A DNA stretch of 64,000 nucleotides from Fistulifera solaris. Taxonomy: Eukaryota. This document shows, piece by piece, positions 12,395 to 25,542 of this stretch (position 1 is the first letter of the stretch; each line of letters starts with the position of its first letter). The notes beneath the pieces were generated by a model. It ran no database searches. It saw only the letters and a list, made by a program, of their open reading frames with translations, and had not been told where the DNA came from. The translations under genes and the position numbers were made by a program. The stretch lies in contig AP026140.1 of the NCBI GenBank assembly GCA_030295235.1, positions 372,001 through 436,000 of the forward strand, given 5' to 3'.

Positions 12395-13437
12395 TTACTT
12401 CTTACTCAATCGCTTCTTCACCCAGTCAATTACGAGACCCATGCACTTTTCCGCATCCGGATCCGCGAGTAGATCGTGGTAGGCTCCATCGATTTTATGA
12501 AACTCGCGATCGGCCCCGGGGTCGATGCCGTGTTCCACATGTACTCGGAACCCGTGATGGGAACACCGTAGTCATCCGTACCGTGTAAAATACAATACGG
12601 GACGTTGAATCCAGGAATGGCTTTGGAGCGAACTTCTTCGAGCGCTACCACCAAGCCGACGGCGGTACCCAAACGAAAGGGAATGCCACTGCCGTCAATG
12701 CCCATTTCCACAAAGCGTTTGTCGGTTCGCAATGCCAGTACCTCCGGATCACGCCAAATACGATCCGCACTGATCGGATTCGGCATGAAGAATGGTCGCC
12801 ATTGAGGATACATGGGTCCGAGGACGTAACGGAGAAGAAAGTACACGGGGTAAGGTGGGAGATCTCCAATAATTGCGGGGGCCGTGAGAATGATGGAATC
12901 AAAGTTTTTAGGACCCGTCGCTGGGTTTTCCTGAAACCGTTTGGCCGCATGAATGGTGAGTGTGCACCCGTAGGATTCTCCCATGAGGAAAATGGGGACA
13001 GTATCACTGTGCTTCGAAGCCACCAAATTAATAAAGTTGATGTAGTCTTTGAGGTTGTTCTCCCAGGTTCCCGGAATATAAAAGCGTTTTCCTTCCGAAA
13101 AACCATGACCGTACAAATCAAAAGCATAGGTTGCGTAACCTTCCTTCAAAGCGGCTTCGGCTTGTAAGGCTGCGTTGATCTTGCGCCCGTCTTTTAACAC
13201 AAACGCTTTGCCCGAATGCGTCGAAATGCCGTGCATGAAGATGATGATGGCCTTGGGTGGCGCTACCGGAACCCATTTGCGATAATGTAACTTTGCTTGG
13301 TCGACAACCGAATCGAACCAGCCGTGTTCACATCCAGGCATGGTACTCTCGAGGGCGTTCAACTCGTCCTCCGTGGCGAACTTTTCGGTCGGAATGTCAA
13401 TGTCTCGTTCGACGCCGAACACTTTGTGATTCACCAT
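12395..13437 (-). CDS. Alpha/beta hydrolase of the monoacylglycerol lipase/lysophospholipase type
   Basis: HGISTH oxyanion loop, FDLYGHGFSEG, GESYG nucleophile elbow and LHGTDD. The catalytic His block (GAYHDLL) lies after a 1-nt indel near 12513. Confidence 0.85.
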
Positions 13438-13751
13438 GATCGTTCGTGCGAGAGATAATAATGCTAAGATGATTGTTGTTTGAATGTTTGATTGTATCGC
13501 TTCAAAGGAACTGGTTTTAATATTGTATCGCTGTATGCGTCGCGCCATTTTCATTTTCTTTTTGTTCGGATTTTGGATACGGCTTCACTCATGACTGGAC
13601 TGAGTTTAGTCATGTGTCAGCGCGCGCGATCGTCCCGCCGTCATCCGCCCCATACCGTACCGCCCACAAAAATAAGTCACATTTTTTCTGTTCTTCTAAA
13701 AGTGGGAGGGCAACAAAAGATCCATATCCCAAGAGTTGCATTATTTTGAAC

Positions 13752-14833
13752 ATGACGGCGAATACCACAGAAATAGGGAATACAGCAGCTACAATAGAGC
13801 CAACGAATGCCAAACAGTGTGCGCAACAGGCTATCGCCAAAGCTCTTCTCGATCATGCTTCCGATTTCACGGCCACCGATTTGTTGCGCGAGTTCCGGCG
13901 TCAATCGGAGTTATTGGGTGAGACAGAACGGGTTCGAGAATTGTTGATCAGTGACCCTTTCGAACATTGGAAGGAAAATGAGAGTTTGGCCAAGAAGATT
14001 GAGGTTTTGGGAGAGCGTTTACAAGTGATAGACGTCCATCGTGTGGCGACCTTGTCGGGCTATTCCTTTATCGATGCCGTGGTCGAGATTTCTCAGAAGC
14101 CACCATCGCGATTGGAAGAGCGAAAACGAAATGTGAAGGAGAAGTTGAAGAAAAAGATGGAACGGTGTACAATTGATGATCGATCATCGGTGAATCAGAT
14201 TGATACGGCAGTTCCCATGATGCAACTAATCTTTCGCTACGAACGACGCTCTGAGGAATCGACTGCGAACACTGAAACTCACCGAGTTGATCCAGGAATC
14301 GATTCTCCAACGGTTTGCTATTCAATCGATCTTACTAATGGATTGGGACCGGTACAAAAACTTTTATGGGTGCAAGTATGGGCCGACGGACATCGTCGTA
14401 CGGAACATTTGACGCCAGTGAATCTAGATGAGGATGGTGATGCGGATGGCTGGGAAGACATTGACGAGGACGAAGACGAGGGAGTTGATGAGGCACCCGA
14501 GCAAAAGCGACAACGGAGAGATGAGGAGGTAGAACCGACTGTCATAAAGGAGCAAAGCGAGCCAATGCAAGTCGAAACACCAGAATCAGTGGATGAACGA
14601 GCAGATCGATATGTCGCTGGGATTGATCCTGAGGTGCTACAACTCTTTATCGAATGGATCGGATTGGGTTCCCATTCAAATGGGGAAGTATCCGATGTGA
14701 CGATTTTCTTTTACTGATGACGTTTCCGTTTTTTGAGCACGAATGGGATATCATTGGATATCTTTTAGACAGCGTATTTGGCGATGCCAGTGAGAATGGC
14801 GACGACGGGAAAGATGAGGATAGTGAAGGGTAA
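13752..14833 (+). CDS. Hypothetical protein with acidic patches
   Basis: Long ORF. Beyond the T-run at ~14705 another frame continues LLMTFPFFEHEWDIIGYLLDSVFG to TAA at 14833. Confidence 0.65.
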
Positions 14834-14859
14834 TATGAATAATGAGGTTGTGAATATTT

Positions 14860-16065
14860 CATCAAACTGGTGTGTTTGACCAAAAAGAAGTTCTGATAAT
14901 CGACCGGAAATTCTGAAGTGATGTGTTTACTTACATAAAATCAAAATCTGTAAAACTTCCAGAAATGTTGGAACTAATGTGTTAAGTCATACGGAAAATC
15001 TGAGGATGCTTCATAAATTCTGGAACTGGTGTGCTTAATCATGCATAAAATCTAAGAATGTTTCAGAAGTTTGCTGGAAATGATGTGCTTACTCACACAT
15101 AAAATATAATGTGTTTGATAATACAGAAACTCTGAAAGAGGTCCAGAAATACATAACAAGTAGTGTGTTGGTTCACACAGAAACTCTGTGAAAGTTCCAG
15201 AAAGTCTGGAATTGGTGAATTTTTGCTCATGCATAAAATCTAAAAAAAAATGTTCCAGAAATTCAGGAACATCGGTGTTAGCGATCAAACAGAAATTGTG
15301 TATTAGGTTCAGAAAATCAGGACCATCAATGTTTGCAATCAAACAGAAATTCTGTTTCGGTCCAGAAATTCTGGACCAGGTGTTTTCATCTCACAGAAAT
15401 TATGTGCACCTTCAATATCCTTTTGACCTCATTGTCATAGATCATTAAAGAGCTTCCTTGCTATTTCCAGCAAATGTGGAACCGGTTTCTTTTTAACAAA
15501 CATCGTTCCGAAAAAATTCCAGAAATTCTGGAAATCGCGATCTCATCAAACAAAAATTCTGTTTTGGTCCAGAAATTCTGGACCAGGTGTTTTCATCTCA
15601 CAGAAATTATGTGCACTTTCAATATCCTTTTGACCTTGTTGTCGTAGATCATTGCTATTTCCAGCAAGCGTTCCGAGTAAATTCCAGAAATTCTGGAAAA
15701 CGCGATCTCATCATACAGAAATTCTGTTTCGGTCCAGAAATTCTGGACCAGGTGTTTTCATCTCACAGAAATTATGTGCACCTTCAATATCCTTTTGACC
15801 TTGTTGTCATTGATCATTAAGAGCTTCCTTGCTATTTCCAGCAAATTCGGAACCGGTGCAACAAACATCGTTCCGTTCCAGAAACTATTCTGGAAATCGC
15901 GATCTCATCAAACAGAAATACTATGAAGGTCCTGATGTCTTTGTCTTTGTGTTTGCTCGTAGTTTACAGAATAACTCCCTGTAAGGTTCTTGTCCAGAAA
16001 TTCTGGACCTGCTGTGTTTGATCACACAGAAAACTTGTGAACGCTTCAGAAATTCTGGATACAAA
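14860..16065. repeat. Satellite-like array A: degenerate ~51-bp monomers plus a ~207-bp higher-order unit
   Basis: The motif gtgtt...tca.acagaaa.tctg.....tccagaaattctgga recurs. The block ccagaaattctggaccaggtgttttcatctcacagaaattatgtgcac occurs at ~15362, ~15569 and ~15734. Confidence 0.85.
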
Positions 16066-16342
16066 GTAGGTCTTCGCCGAAACCTCTTCCTTCCGTCGCG
16101 GTGCCCTTTTACTTTATTCTCTTGAATGGAATCAATCGAAATTAATAAAAACAATACTCCGTACCAGTTAATTTTAAAACAAGCAGCGCCTATAGAATTG
16201 ACTTGAATGAGAGGAGTCAGTTAATTGTTGACGCAGATTGTAATTTATCTCCTGACAAGCCGCCTTCATGTCCATTGTCAAGCGGAAAGCAAAGGTCGAT
16301 TATCCGTGTTCGTTGCTGCTAACAATACTCATTTTGAATAGT

Positions 16343-17679
16343 ATGATCGGACGGTATGTCACGCATCCTTTGACACTTCGACGAATTGCCTGCATGCGAA
16401 GAAAAGTCTCATTTCGACTGGCTTCAACACAACTATCCGTACAACAAGAGGAATCACCCAAAGAAAAACGACGCAAACGATTCATCGAACAAAAGGATTA
16501 CCAAAAGCGGTCGATCGAGGACAATTTGCGACCACGTACCGTCCATTCGATGGCCATTCCTTTCAAGCCTTGTCCGGATTGCCGCCCAATTTACAAAATT
16601 TTACCGTCTTGGGCATTGAAAGTAGTTGTGATGATACCGGCGCGGCGGTCGTTCGGAGTGATGGCACCATCTTGGGAGAAGCCTTGGCTTCGCAATCTCA
16701 CATTCACGCACCTTGGGGCGGGGTCGTCCCTGGCTTGGCCAAAGAAGCTCACGAAGCGGAAATTGATCGGATTGTTCAAGAAGCCTTGGAGGCAGCGGGG
16801 ATGACATCGGCCGCCGATGTCGATGCGATTGGTGTCACCGTCGGACCCGGGTTGGAGATTTGTTTGCGGGTCGGGGCAACCAAGGCACGTGCTTTGGCTA
16901 TCGAATATCAAAAACCCTTCGTTGGGGTCCATCATTTGGAAGCACATATTTTGATGGCGCGATTGCCGTATGATTCGGCGTCGAAACAGCTCGAATTCCC
17001 GTTCCTGGCACTCTTGGTGAGCGGGGGGCACTGTCAATTGCTGAAATGCACCGGTATTGGGGATATGGCGGTCTTGGGCGGTACATTCGATGATTCCTTG
17101 GGGGAAGCTTACGACAAGACAGCGCGATTGTTAGGATTGCCTGTCGGAGGCGGTGGGGGACCGGTTGTAGAACGATTGGCAAGAGAGGGCGATCCAACCA
17201 CCATTCCTCTATCGGTCCCATTGCAATCGAGGAAAGATCTGGATTTCTCTTACTCGGGATTGAAAAGTAACGTCCGACGCGTTGCGGAAAGATTGGCGAA
17301 AGAACAAGGCGTAGAAACACCCGCAGATTTGTCTCATTCGATCAAAGCCAACATAGCGGCTTCCTTCCAGCACGTCGCCATTCAACATGTCGAACAGCGA
17401 TTGCGACGCGCCATGATACTGCTGGAAGAAAAAGAAAACATTCGATCCTTGGCACTCGTGGGAGGTGTCGCCGCGAATCAAGTACTACGAACCCGCATCG
17501 AAGGCTTGTGTAGGAAACGATCGTGGGATTTATGGATCCCTCCACCCCGGTTGTGTACCGATCAAGGTACGATGAGTGCCTGGGCCGCAGTTGAACGCAT
17601 GCGAGTCCAAAGTACCGATGATCCTACGATACCAGACGTGTACGCTCGCTATCCTTTGCGCAGAAGTTGTAATAGATGA
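16343..17679 (+). CDS. OSGEPL1: tRNA N6-threonylcarbamoyltransferase, organellar TsaD/Qri7/OSGEPL1 type
   Basis: VLGIESSCDDT, GGVVP, VHHLEAH metal motif, LLVSGGH, GEAYDK, DFSYSGLK, GGVAAN and CTDQG. The basic N-terminal presequence is in another frame (indel near 16560). Confidence 0.92.
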
Positions 17680-17791
17680 AGATGAGAATGAGTAACAAAA
17701 GATAGATTGAAAAACGACAGAAAAAGTTTTCCATAAGATAGTTGGAAGCGTACTTATGTTTATCTATTTGATATAGACAATAAATAAGCCG

Positions 17792-18095
17792 TTACATGGT
17801 CACTAGTTTCCGCAACGCCGCAACCACTAAAGTCTCCCCCCTCCGGCGAATCCTGCGCCACTTGTCGTAAGGTCTTTTGCGCCATTTCTTCCGTCACTTC
17901 CAATTCGGAAACGATGAGATCAATATCTTCCTGAGCAAACGCAATGCCGGTTTCACTGGCAGAAGCAGCTTGAGTTTGGTTGGAAGAGAAGGAACTGAGC
18001 GCTTGTTGGGCTTTCGCAATGTCGACTTCTTGTTCTTGTACGACGTCCGTGACGGAATCCAATTGTTGGGCTTGCTTCGCTTCGTCTGTGGCCAT
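17792..18095 (-). CDS. HYPK: HYPK (huntingtin-interacting protein K)-like, UBA domain
   Basis: LDSVTDVVQEQEVD...EDIDLIVSELEVTEEMAQKTLR. The end (LVVAALRKLVTM*) is restored by an indel in the C-run at ~17836. Confidence 0.75.
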
Positions 18096-18429
18096 CTTTT
18101 TAATTGAGATCTAGATTGATTGTGTAGATAATTGTATGGGTGGTTTGAATGAGGTTTCGATAACAATTCTTGTTTCGTTGTCAATAAAATAATTGAAAAA
18201 AAAATAATGTGCGGGGCGCCGCGCGGGGCGGGGGCGCCGTCACGAAATATCGTGCAGTATTAACGATGCGTACAAAATTGTACTGGAGCAGTATGTCCAT
18301 CGTCCGTTTCACCGAAAAATGAAAGCCATCAAAACAAAAATCGCGATCATCGCGACCATTTTCTAAAAAAAATCGACTGTCGCTATGAGCTTGTGATTGT
18401 GCTCTTTCTATCCAGCAGATAACACTAAA

Positions 18430-20819
18430 ATGACAATATACAACGGAATCTATTTATCACTATTCTTGCTCGTCCCATGGACGCAAGGACTGTTGATACC
18501 GTCCCTTCGTATGCAAAGTTCTGCGGGACGTTGTTACGCGGTCCCCGATGTCACACCCACCCAACGAAAGTTTTCCAAGAGGAGAACATCCCGAATACAG
18601 GACGCGTCATCAGCTGAGCTGATACAAGGAGTGGAAGCAGTGCCTTCCCTCTCTGCGTCGCGCGTCGAACCACAAGGTGCTTTGACGGAATCACCTGCCA
18701 TCACCCAGAGTGAGTCACTTTTGCGCAGGATATTGGAAAGCCAATCGTCGCAACAGGCAGTGCTGAAAGTTACGGAGCAGGATTTTGTCAACTTATTTCA
18801 GCTATGGGAAGATGTGTTGCCCTCTGTTGGAGATATCTCGCAGTCGTCACGTCGGGAGACGGCGTTCAGTGAGCTCGACAAAGAGAACATGATACAAGCC
18901 GGTTATTATACGCAACAATTGATCGAGGCATGGACGGCATTGTATCAAGAAGGTCGAATGACCACCGCGCCCTCCATTGCAGTTTTAGAACAAGTGATGC
19001 GCATTCTGTCATCGGCACGAGCCAAGGGAATGGATCGGGCCTGTCGGACTGTGTTTGATGATTGCACTGCCGTATTTCATCATTCCTCTCCGACCTTGCC
19101 CATGTATCATTCTTTGATTACGGCATTGAGCAAAAGTCGCGACAAAGGTGCCGCACATCGCGCGGAAACCTTTCTGCGTCAAGCGGCCGAACTGTTTGCA
19201 CCGACTGTTGAGGGCGATGGAATTACAATTGATACATTCAATGTCGTCATGACCGCATGGGCGAAAAGTGGATTCCAGTATGGACCGGAACGAGCCGAGA
19301 AGCTAATTTATTTGATGGATGAACTCGATCAGCAGTATTTGGGCGGACAAGGGATCTTTCGTCCCAGTGTTTCGAGTTTCACGTCACTGCTGGATGCGTA
19401 TGCACAAACGCTCGAGTGGGACTCGGTCAGTCAAGCCGAACGGATCTTCAATCGATTGCTGGATGAATATTTGGAAACGGGTCAAAGGGATCTTGAACCG
19501 AATGTCGCGACGTGGACCATTGTATTGAGTGCGTGGGCCAAATTGTCGCGCAAGAACAATCGCGGAGCCGCGGTTCGGGCCAATCGATTGTTGGAACGTA
19601 TGGAAAGCTTGCACAAGGAAGGGCGCATTGGTTTTGGACCAGATGCGATTGTATATATTTCCACCATGAACGCCTGGGCGTTCTCGAAAACGACGGAAGG
19701 TCCACAGCGTGCTACGGATATTCTTCTAGAAATGTACGAGCGGTATCTGGACGGTGATAATACGATGAAGCCGTCACCCAAAAACATTCGCGTCGTCTTG
19801 GAGGCATGGATAGGAAGTGAAGAAGAGGATGCTATGGAACATGCAGAAAAAGTGATGGATGCATTTGTGGATCACTTGGATGCCATGCTGTCAAGGACAA
19901 CGGAAGCGGATATGTCGGACGAAACAGTGCGGGAAGCTGTTTCCGACATTTATCGAACTATGCTATACGGTTGGTCGAAGCGCGATAAGCCCCGACAGGT
20001 ATGTTCATCATTGATGATCCTTTTATAAATTTTGTGGGGTATTGCTAACCCCTGACGCCTGTACTTTTTCAGGCTTACAATTATTTGCTCGACATGGTGG
20101 ATAACAAATTGAACATTGATTCATTCTGCTTTGATCGTATTATTGAGACGAACAATCGACTGAATGACAGCGGCGCCATGGCTCGTACAAAGGAAGTTTT
20201 TGACTTGATGGAGAAATGTCGAATCAAGGGATTGCTGAAACCCAACGAACGGGTCTACAGCTCGTATATTCGGGCCATGGTCAAAGCCGCTGTACCAGAT
20301 GTTGCTTCCAAGACGTACGCACTACTCAATCAGATGAAGCAGATTCATTCCGAGGGTGATAATCAAGGAATTCAACCAACGGTCTTCACATACAACGCCG
20401 TTCTCATGGCTTGTGCCGCGACATCGAAGGAGAAGGACAGCCAAAAGAAGGCAGACGCTTTTAAAATCGCTATCAATGTCTTCAATGAGCTACGAAACGG
20501 AAAGGGAGATCTCGCCCTTGATCATGTTTCGTTCGGAAATCTACTGCAATGCGCCAATTTGCTTCCTCCAAGTGAACAAAGAGATTCTTTGATTCGTTCT
20601 ACATTCGCCTTGTGTTGTAAAAGTGGTTTTGTGAACAATTTTGTTCTTCGTGATTTCCAATCCGTTGCGTCGGACGAGTCATGGGTCGCCACTATGAAAT
20701 GTTCCCCCGACACGGAAGTGAATGTTGATCGTCTGCCCGCTTCATGGCGACGTATGACGCAGCCCAAGCAGCCTGCGGAGCAAAGGTCAAGGGAGCCGTT
20801 CCGGAAGTCTAGACGATAA
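18430..20819 (+). CDS. Pentatricopeptide repeat (PPR) protein, probably organelle-targeted
   Basis: Repeated ~35-aa units (TFNVVMTAWAKSG, SFTSLLDAYAQ, TWTIVLSAWAK, TYNAVLMACA). The GT-AG intron 19999-20072 joins the two ORFs in frame. N-terminal signal peptide. Confidence 0.9.
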
Positions 20820-20955
20820 GATTTGCATTCGATTATAATATACCAGGTATGAACAGTAGAGACTATTCTGCTAGACTAGTTGCTTGTCGCATAATAAACT
20901 GCAGAAAGAAGCTGTCTAATATCTAAACTGCGATGAAGCAAGAGCTTCGCTTATT

Positions 20956-21560
20956 TCAAAGCAGCACCGAAAATGGATTCGACCTTTCTTGGAATGAATC
21001 GTCATCACTTGAACTTTCATCTTCCCGAGTGACCGATAATGAATCCTTTAGATCACTTTTGCTATCATCCTTTTCAAACAGCTGCGCTGTTATTCCTTGT
21101 TCGTCGGGAGTCGCACTCTTCTCCAGGATTTTCTGAGCAGTATCAGTCGATGTTTCTCTCATTAGTTTCGCCTCTAACGCACAATTTTCTATCGTATATC
21201 GCGACTCCTCTCCGCTGCTTTTTGGAGACCGGACACGTACACGAATCTGATTGTTTTCTAGCAACCCTTCCTCGCGGCATCGTTTTAGAACCCACAAGCG
21301 GCGGTTGTTCAGCGAGAAATACCACGGCTGCCCGTCCTCTCCGATGGGACCGATTAATACTTGGATGGGTGGTAAATCCTCCGGTGTCATTTCACCTTGT
21401 CGAATCGACTCCAGAGTTTCTGTAACACTCCGTCCGCATCCGCTAAAGACAGGACGAATGCGAGAATGCTGAAATCGAACGCGTGCAGGATCCACATGTA
21501 TGAAGTCCGCATCGACGTTGCCGTTCTTTTTCGCGCTTTGGTTCTTCTTCTTTTTGTCAT
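20956..21560 (-). CDS. Conserved hypothetical protein with a ParB/Srx-like short domain
   Basis: DPARVRFQHSRI...FSGCG...LPPIQVL...FSLNNRRLWVLK. The start at 21560 requires an indel in an A-run. Confidence 0.6.
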
Positions 21561-22057
21561 TCTCTCCAGGAGAGATGTATATTCCTCACTATGTTATAAA
21601 CGATTAATGCTTTCTTATGATACTGGGGCCATTCATTTTTCGAAAAATGTTTGCGAGACGAAAACTCGCGAACTTTTTTTTTTTCTTGTCGTTCCAGTCT
21701 TGTTTCCGACTGAAAGTTTATAATCGGCATCATGCGGACAACAATTTTAGCTAAATTCAGCGCTGTTGAGTCCTCTTAATTAATTATTTGTAGATATACA
21801 TGATAAACGCATTAAACTGCAGTCCTTCTTGTCGAGGAAGATGTTATCATCGCTCATCGTTCTCACCCTTAGAAGACTGTTGCCTCTACATACGCAAGAA
21901 GAGAATCCCTGCAAGAAAAAGGAGTAAAGATGAAACGTAGACTCTAATATATCATATACATTATGATCAAGTAAGAAGTCTAAGATGAAGCGCGTAAAAT
22001 TCAAGTAGTGGGCCAGAGTCGAGGCGGCAAAAAGCAAAAACGGCATCTATCGATCAG

Positions 22058-22987
22058 TCACCCGGAAGAGAATACTCCATTGAAAGCACCTAAACTACCA
22101 ATCGCAATGCCGACACCGACCGCAAAGGCACCCATAAATTTGCGGCGTCTTTCGCAGGCAATGACCATGGCCGCCGACTCGTCGGGACTACTGAGGATGG
22201 TAACAAAATCGCTAGCGTCTGCAATAATTCGACCGGCTGCGGCAGATCGCATGTTCGGTGTAGGAATTTCGTTGACTTGTAAACATCGCTGTCCCGATAT
22301 CAGCAAGCTGTCGGCGAAAATACCCGACGGATCGATCCCGCTAATGGATAGGGCGCCCCGACGATTCTTGAACGACAAGCCAACTTTCCGGCGGTTAAAG
22401 TGCTTCTGTGAAGCATTCGAAACCAGATTGGGATTACCGTCTTCATTGTGAACGATGAGTGAAACGGCGGTGGGGGCATCTTGAAACAGCTGACGTACTT
22501 GCTTCGCCGTGCGCTTCAAACAGGAGGCCCCATTGACAGATAAAATGCGATCGCCGGCGCGAATGTTGGATTGTGCAAACAGCCCGTCGGGTGAGATTCG
22601 CGAAATGTAGACCGCATCTCCGCGTCTTCGCAAAAAGATACCGACATTGGCGTCCGCGTGCGGTTTCCACACCCGACAAAAGAGCAATGCGGGCCGTGAC
22701 TGCGTAAAGGAACTCGTCCCGAGATGAACATCTACATCCGTCGGTAAGGAAAGAGGTACGGCTCGAACTTCATTTTCTAATAAAGGGACACTCAAATCTG
22801 TTTCGACAATGTGATCGAGTCCTAATTCAATTCCGCTGAATCGGTCCCATTCCTCCGAATGCGAGCCATCATGATCTTCAACAATGTCGCACGGTTCTAG
22901 AACGACGATATCATCCTGTCGCTCATACAAAGGCTTCCAGGGTCTTTGAATACGGGTTTCTATTGAAGGGAGTTTAGGAGTTTGCAT
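22058..22987 (-). CDS. Multi-PDZ domain protein with a C-terminal hydrophobic segment
   Basis: VGIFLRRRGDAVYISRISPDGLFAQSNIRAGDRILSVNG, a second PDZ-like unit KVGLSFKN...ISGIDPSGIF, and a hydrophobic tail. Confidence 0.8.
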   Translation of the reverse strand: MQTPKLPSIETRIQRPWKPLYERQDDIVVLEPCDIVEDHDGSHSEEWDRFSGIELGLDHIVETDLSVPLLENEVRAVPLSLPTDVDVHLGTSSFTQSRPALLFCRVWKPHADANVGIFLRRRGDAVYISRISPDGLFAQSNIRAGDRILSVNGASCLKRTAKQVRQLFQDAPTAVSLIVHNEDGNPNLVSNASQKHFNRRKVGLSFKNRRGALSISGIDPSGIFADSLLISGQRCLQVNEIPTPNMRSAAAGRIIADASDFVTILSSPDESAAMVIACERRRKFMGAFAVGVGIAIGSLGAFNGVFSSG

Positions 22988-24115
22988 GGTGTTTATTTTG
23001 ATAATATACTTTAGTCGTCTAAATGAATGATTGCTATCGGATCGAAATGCTTCAATGAAGGCGGTGAGGAGACGCTTCGTATTCGCGTTATAGAACGGTT
23101 AGGAGGTCTTCGCAGTTCCTCGGAAAACTCTTCACTTCCGTATTGGGTTCTACGTGCTTCTACGTAGGTCGGCGCATTCAATGACGATAGACTCCGATAC
23201 GTGACGTCTGATACGTGATAAGTAATAACTTTCTCGTTTGTCACGACCGGAAAGAACATGGTGTGACGTGTGGAACCTACTCGAAGTACTACACTCAAAT
23301 GCAGACTTCGGTCTTCTACAGTATCTATCACACTGTCAAGGTTCCGTCTTCTGTGTCGGAACACGGAACTTTGGCTCGCGCTCGCGGCTCGCGCAGGTTC
23401 CAGGTTCCACGTTTTGTCTGGCCAGAAACCGGAGCGACTATCTGACCGACGAGCCTGCGAGCTGCGAGCTGCGAGATGTTATGATGTTATGACGAAAATG
23501 ACAAATGACGACATCCGATCCCGAATGAATAAGTAGAACTTTTGTATAGCCTTTCGAGTACGGAAAAGAATTATGACTCTCTTGTATGACCTTTCGTACA
23601 TGCGTACTGCGTACATGTTATTCAATACTGAAGATGTACTGACCAAAGTAAGCTGGTTGAGTTTAGGGACTTTACGGAACGCCAGACCTTTAAGTCTCGA
23701 GTCACGAACTAGTACTCTATCTTAGCATAATTGTGGCCAGCGAACAAGCAGGGTTTAGGAGGGCGATAGCTTTACTGATTAACTTTTACTGGAACCGTAA
23801 ACGTTCCACGTTCCCATTGACATTTCTCTACTTTTCATAAGATAGATAACAACGAATTACGTTTACGGTGTACAATGTAAAATGTCATAGATCTTGAGTC
23901 TTGAGACTTGAGAAGGGAGAAAGAAGAAAGCCCTTTCGTCTTTCATACCAGCACTTCACACTTCACGTCTCACGTCTCACGTCTCGCTGCCCAGCCCTGT
24001 TCCCGGGCTTTTTCCAGTAATATGCGCTGCTTCCTATCGGTCATCCGATTGATTTCTCCCTCCAACATTCATTTTCTCGTTTCAAGTTTTGTTGGTTAAC
24101 TCAATTTAACCAACC

Positions 24116-24850
24116 ATGGCTCCTTTATTAAGATATAATTCATTCGAAAGCCACAGTGGCAATTTACATAATGATACTTTTAGCAGCGAAAGGTTCGCTG
24201 CACCCATGAAATCGCAGCTGGAAGCGATTGCGCCGATATTATGCACCATCACAAAGAAACGCGTTCGCTTCAATGAACATCTCAACGTTACATTTGATCC
24301 AGAGAATCCCTATTATGCAGATGAAGATATTGCAACAAGATGGTGGGGCGAAAAGACTTTATTGGAAGTACGGCAACGGGCGCGAGAGCTCAGTACTTCG
24401 CTTCGACAGTCTTCAGGAAGTCACGATTGCGACCTTACGATGGCACACCGAAAAATCACGTTGATTCTGAAAAGAGATTTTAATTCATTGTTAAAACTGA
24501 CAAGAACTTCTCCGGATCAAGATCTTTCCTCTTGGTGTTCTCATGACGACGGTCGGCGGGGATTGGAACGTTTTACTTCAAAAGTGTACGCTAGTTTTCG
24601 GAAGCGAGACGTGGCCGGAACGGTTGCTGCGGTTCTAGAAGAACAGCAACGTCAATTTCTCTCTCATTTCAATGACCCCGAACTGATAGCACAAGCTTCC
24701 AGAACAGTATCGCAAAGGTCAAGGTCACTAGCAAACTTCTTTGGTGCAGCGGATGCAAAGCAAGCGCTATCGAAAAGAGTAACAGAACCCACGCGCACTG
24801 CACCTGCTCGGAAGAGGAGTAAAATTTGTGATGAAGGGAGTCTATTTTGA
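24116..24850 (+). CDS. Diatom-type hypothetical protein (KKRVRF ... RGLE family)
   Basis: Intact 244-aa ORF with KKRVRFNE, RRGLE, VLEEQQRQ and A..S...S..S...A...G..DA motifs typical of an expanded diatom family. Confidence 0.75.
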   Translation: MAPLLRYNSFESHSGNLHNDTFSSERFAAPMKSQLEAIAPILCTITKKRVRFNEHLNVTFDPENPYYADEDIATRWWGEKTLLEVRQRARELSTSLRQSSGSHDCDLTMAHRKITLILKRDFNSLLKLTRTSPDQDLSSWCSHDDGRRGLERFTSKVYASFRKRDVAGTVAAVLEEQQRQFLSHFNDPELIAQASRTVSQRSRSLANFFGAADAKQALSKRVTEPTRTAPARKRSKICDEGSLF

Positions 24851-25542
24851 AAATTTTGTAAAGTTAAAGCTACTTTTACCCTCTGACTTTGCTAGGTATG
24901 TTATGACCACAAAATGTTTTAGCTTGAAATGTAATCCTATGATTCAAAATTAAGATGCAAGGCTTTGAAGGATGAGCAGCTTTGACAACGGGAAAGGAAT
25001 ATTCAAGATACTGCAAGCATTTCCTTTGCTTCAAGGAATTTGACACGCAGATCTAGATACTGTGCTGCTTACATAGTTGGAGCTGATGCTGCGTGTAAGG
25101 ACGTAGCTGCGTGCGCTGGGCAAAAACTTAACGAAGACGATGTAGATCAAATTTTAAAATTTTGTTTGTGTTGTCGCTCGACTAGCATACCAGGTAAGGT
25201 TAATGCAGCGACGAAATGAAACTTTTATTAGAACTCTTTTCGTTGGGTTGATTAGTTTTACACTTTCTTGAAACATAAATGAGGATTTAGCAGCACGTCT
25301 AATGGTTCAAAAGAACATGTTTGCGTCAGATAAGGACCCTTGCAAGCACAGAGACAAAGAAATAAGGGCTGTGATCGACGATATCACTCTTCCAGCACCT
25401 TTGGCACAATTTATCAAGCACAAACTCCTTTCGGAGCTTTCAAAATTGAATGCGGCGAACTTCCTTTTCAAGAAGTTCCTCCATAAGGATCTGGTACAAG
25501 TTCAGCGTATTACGTGGACTTACCTTGACTTCGTATTCTAAT

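Noticed and set aside
24960..25541. Possible gene relic (79-aa ORF and upstream coding-like text)
   Set aside because: No recognisable motif, and it abuts the CARNMT1 stop. It cannot be supported without a search.
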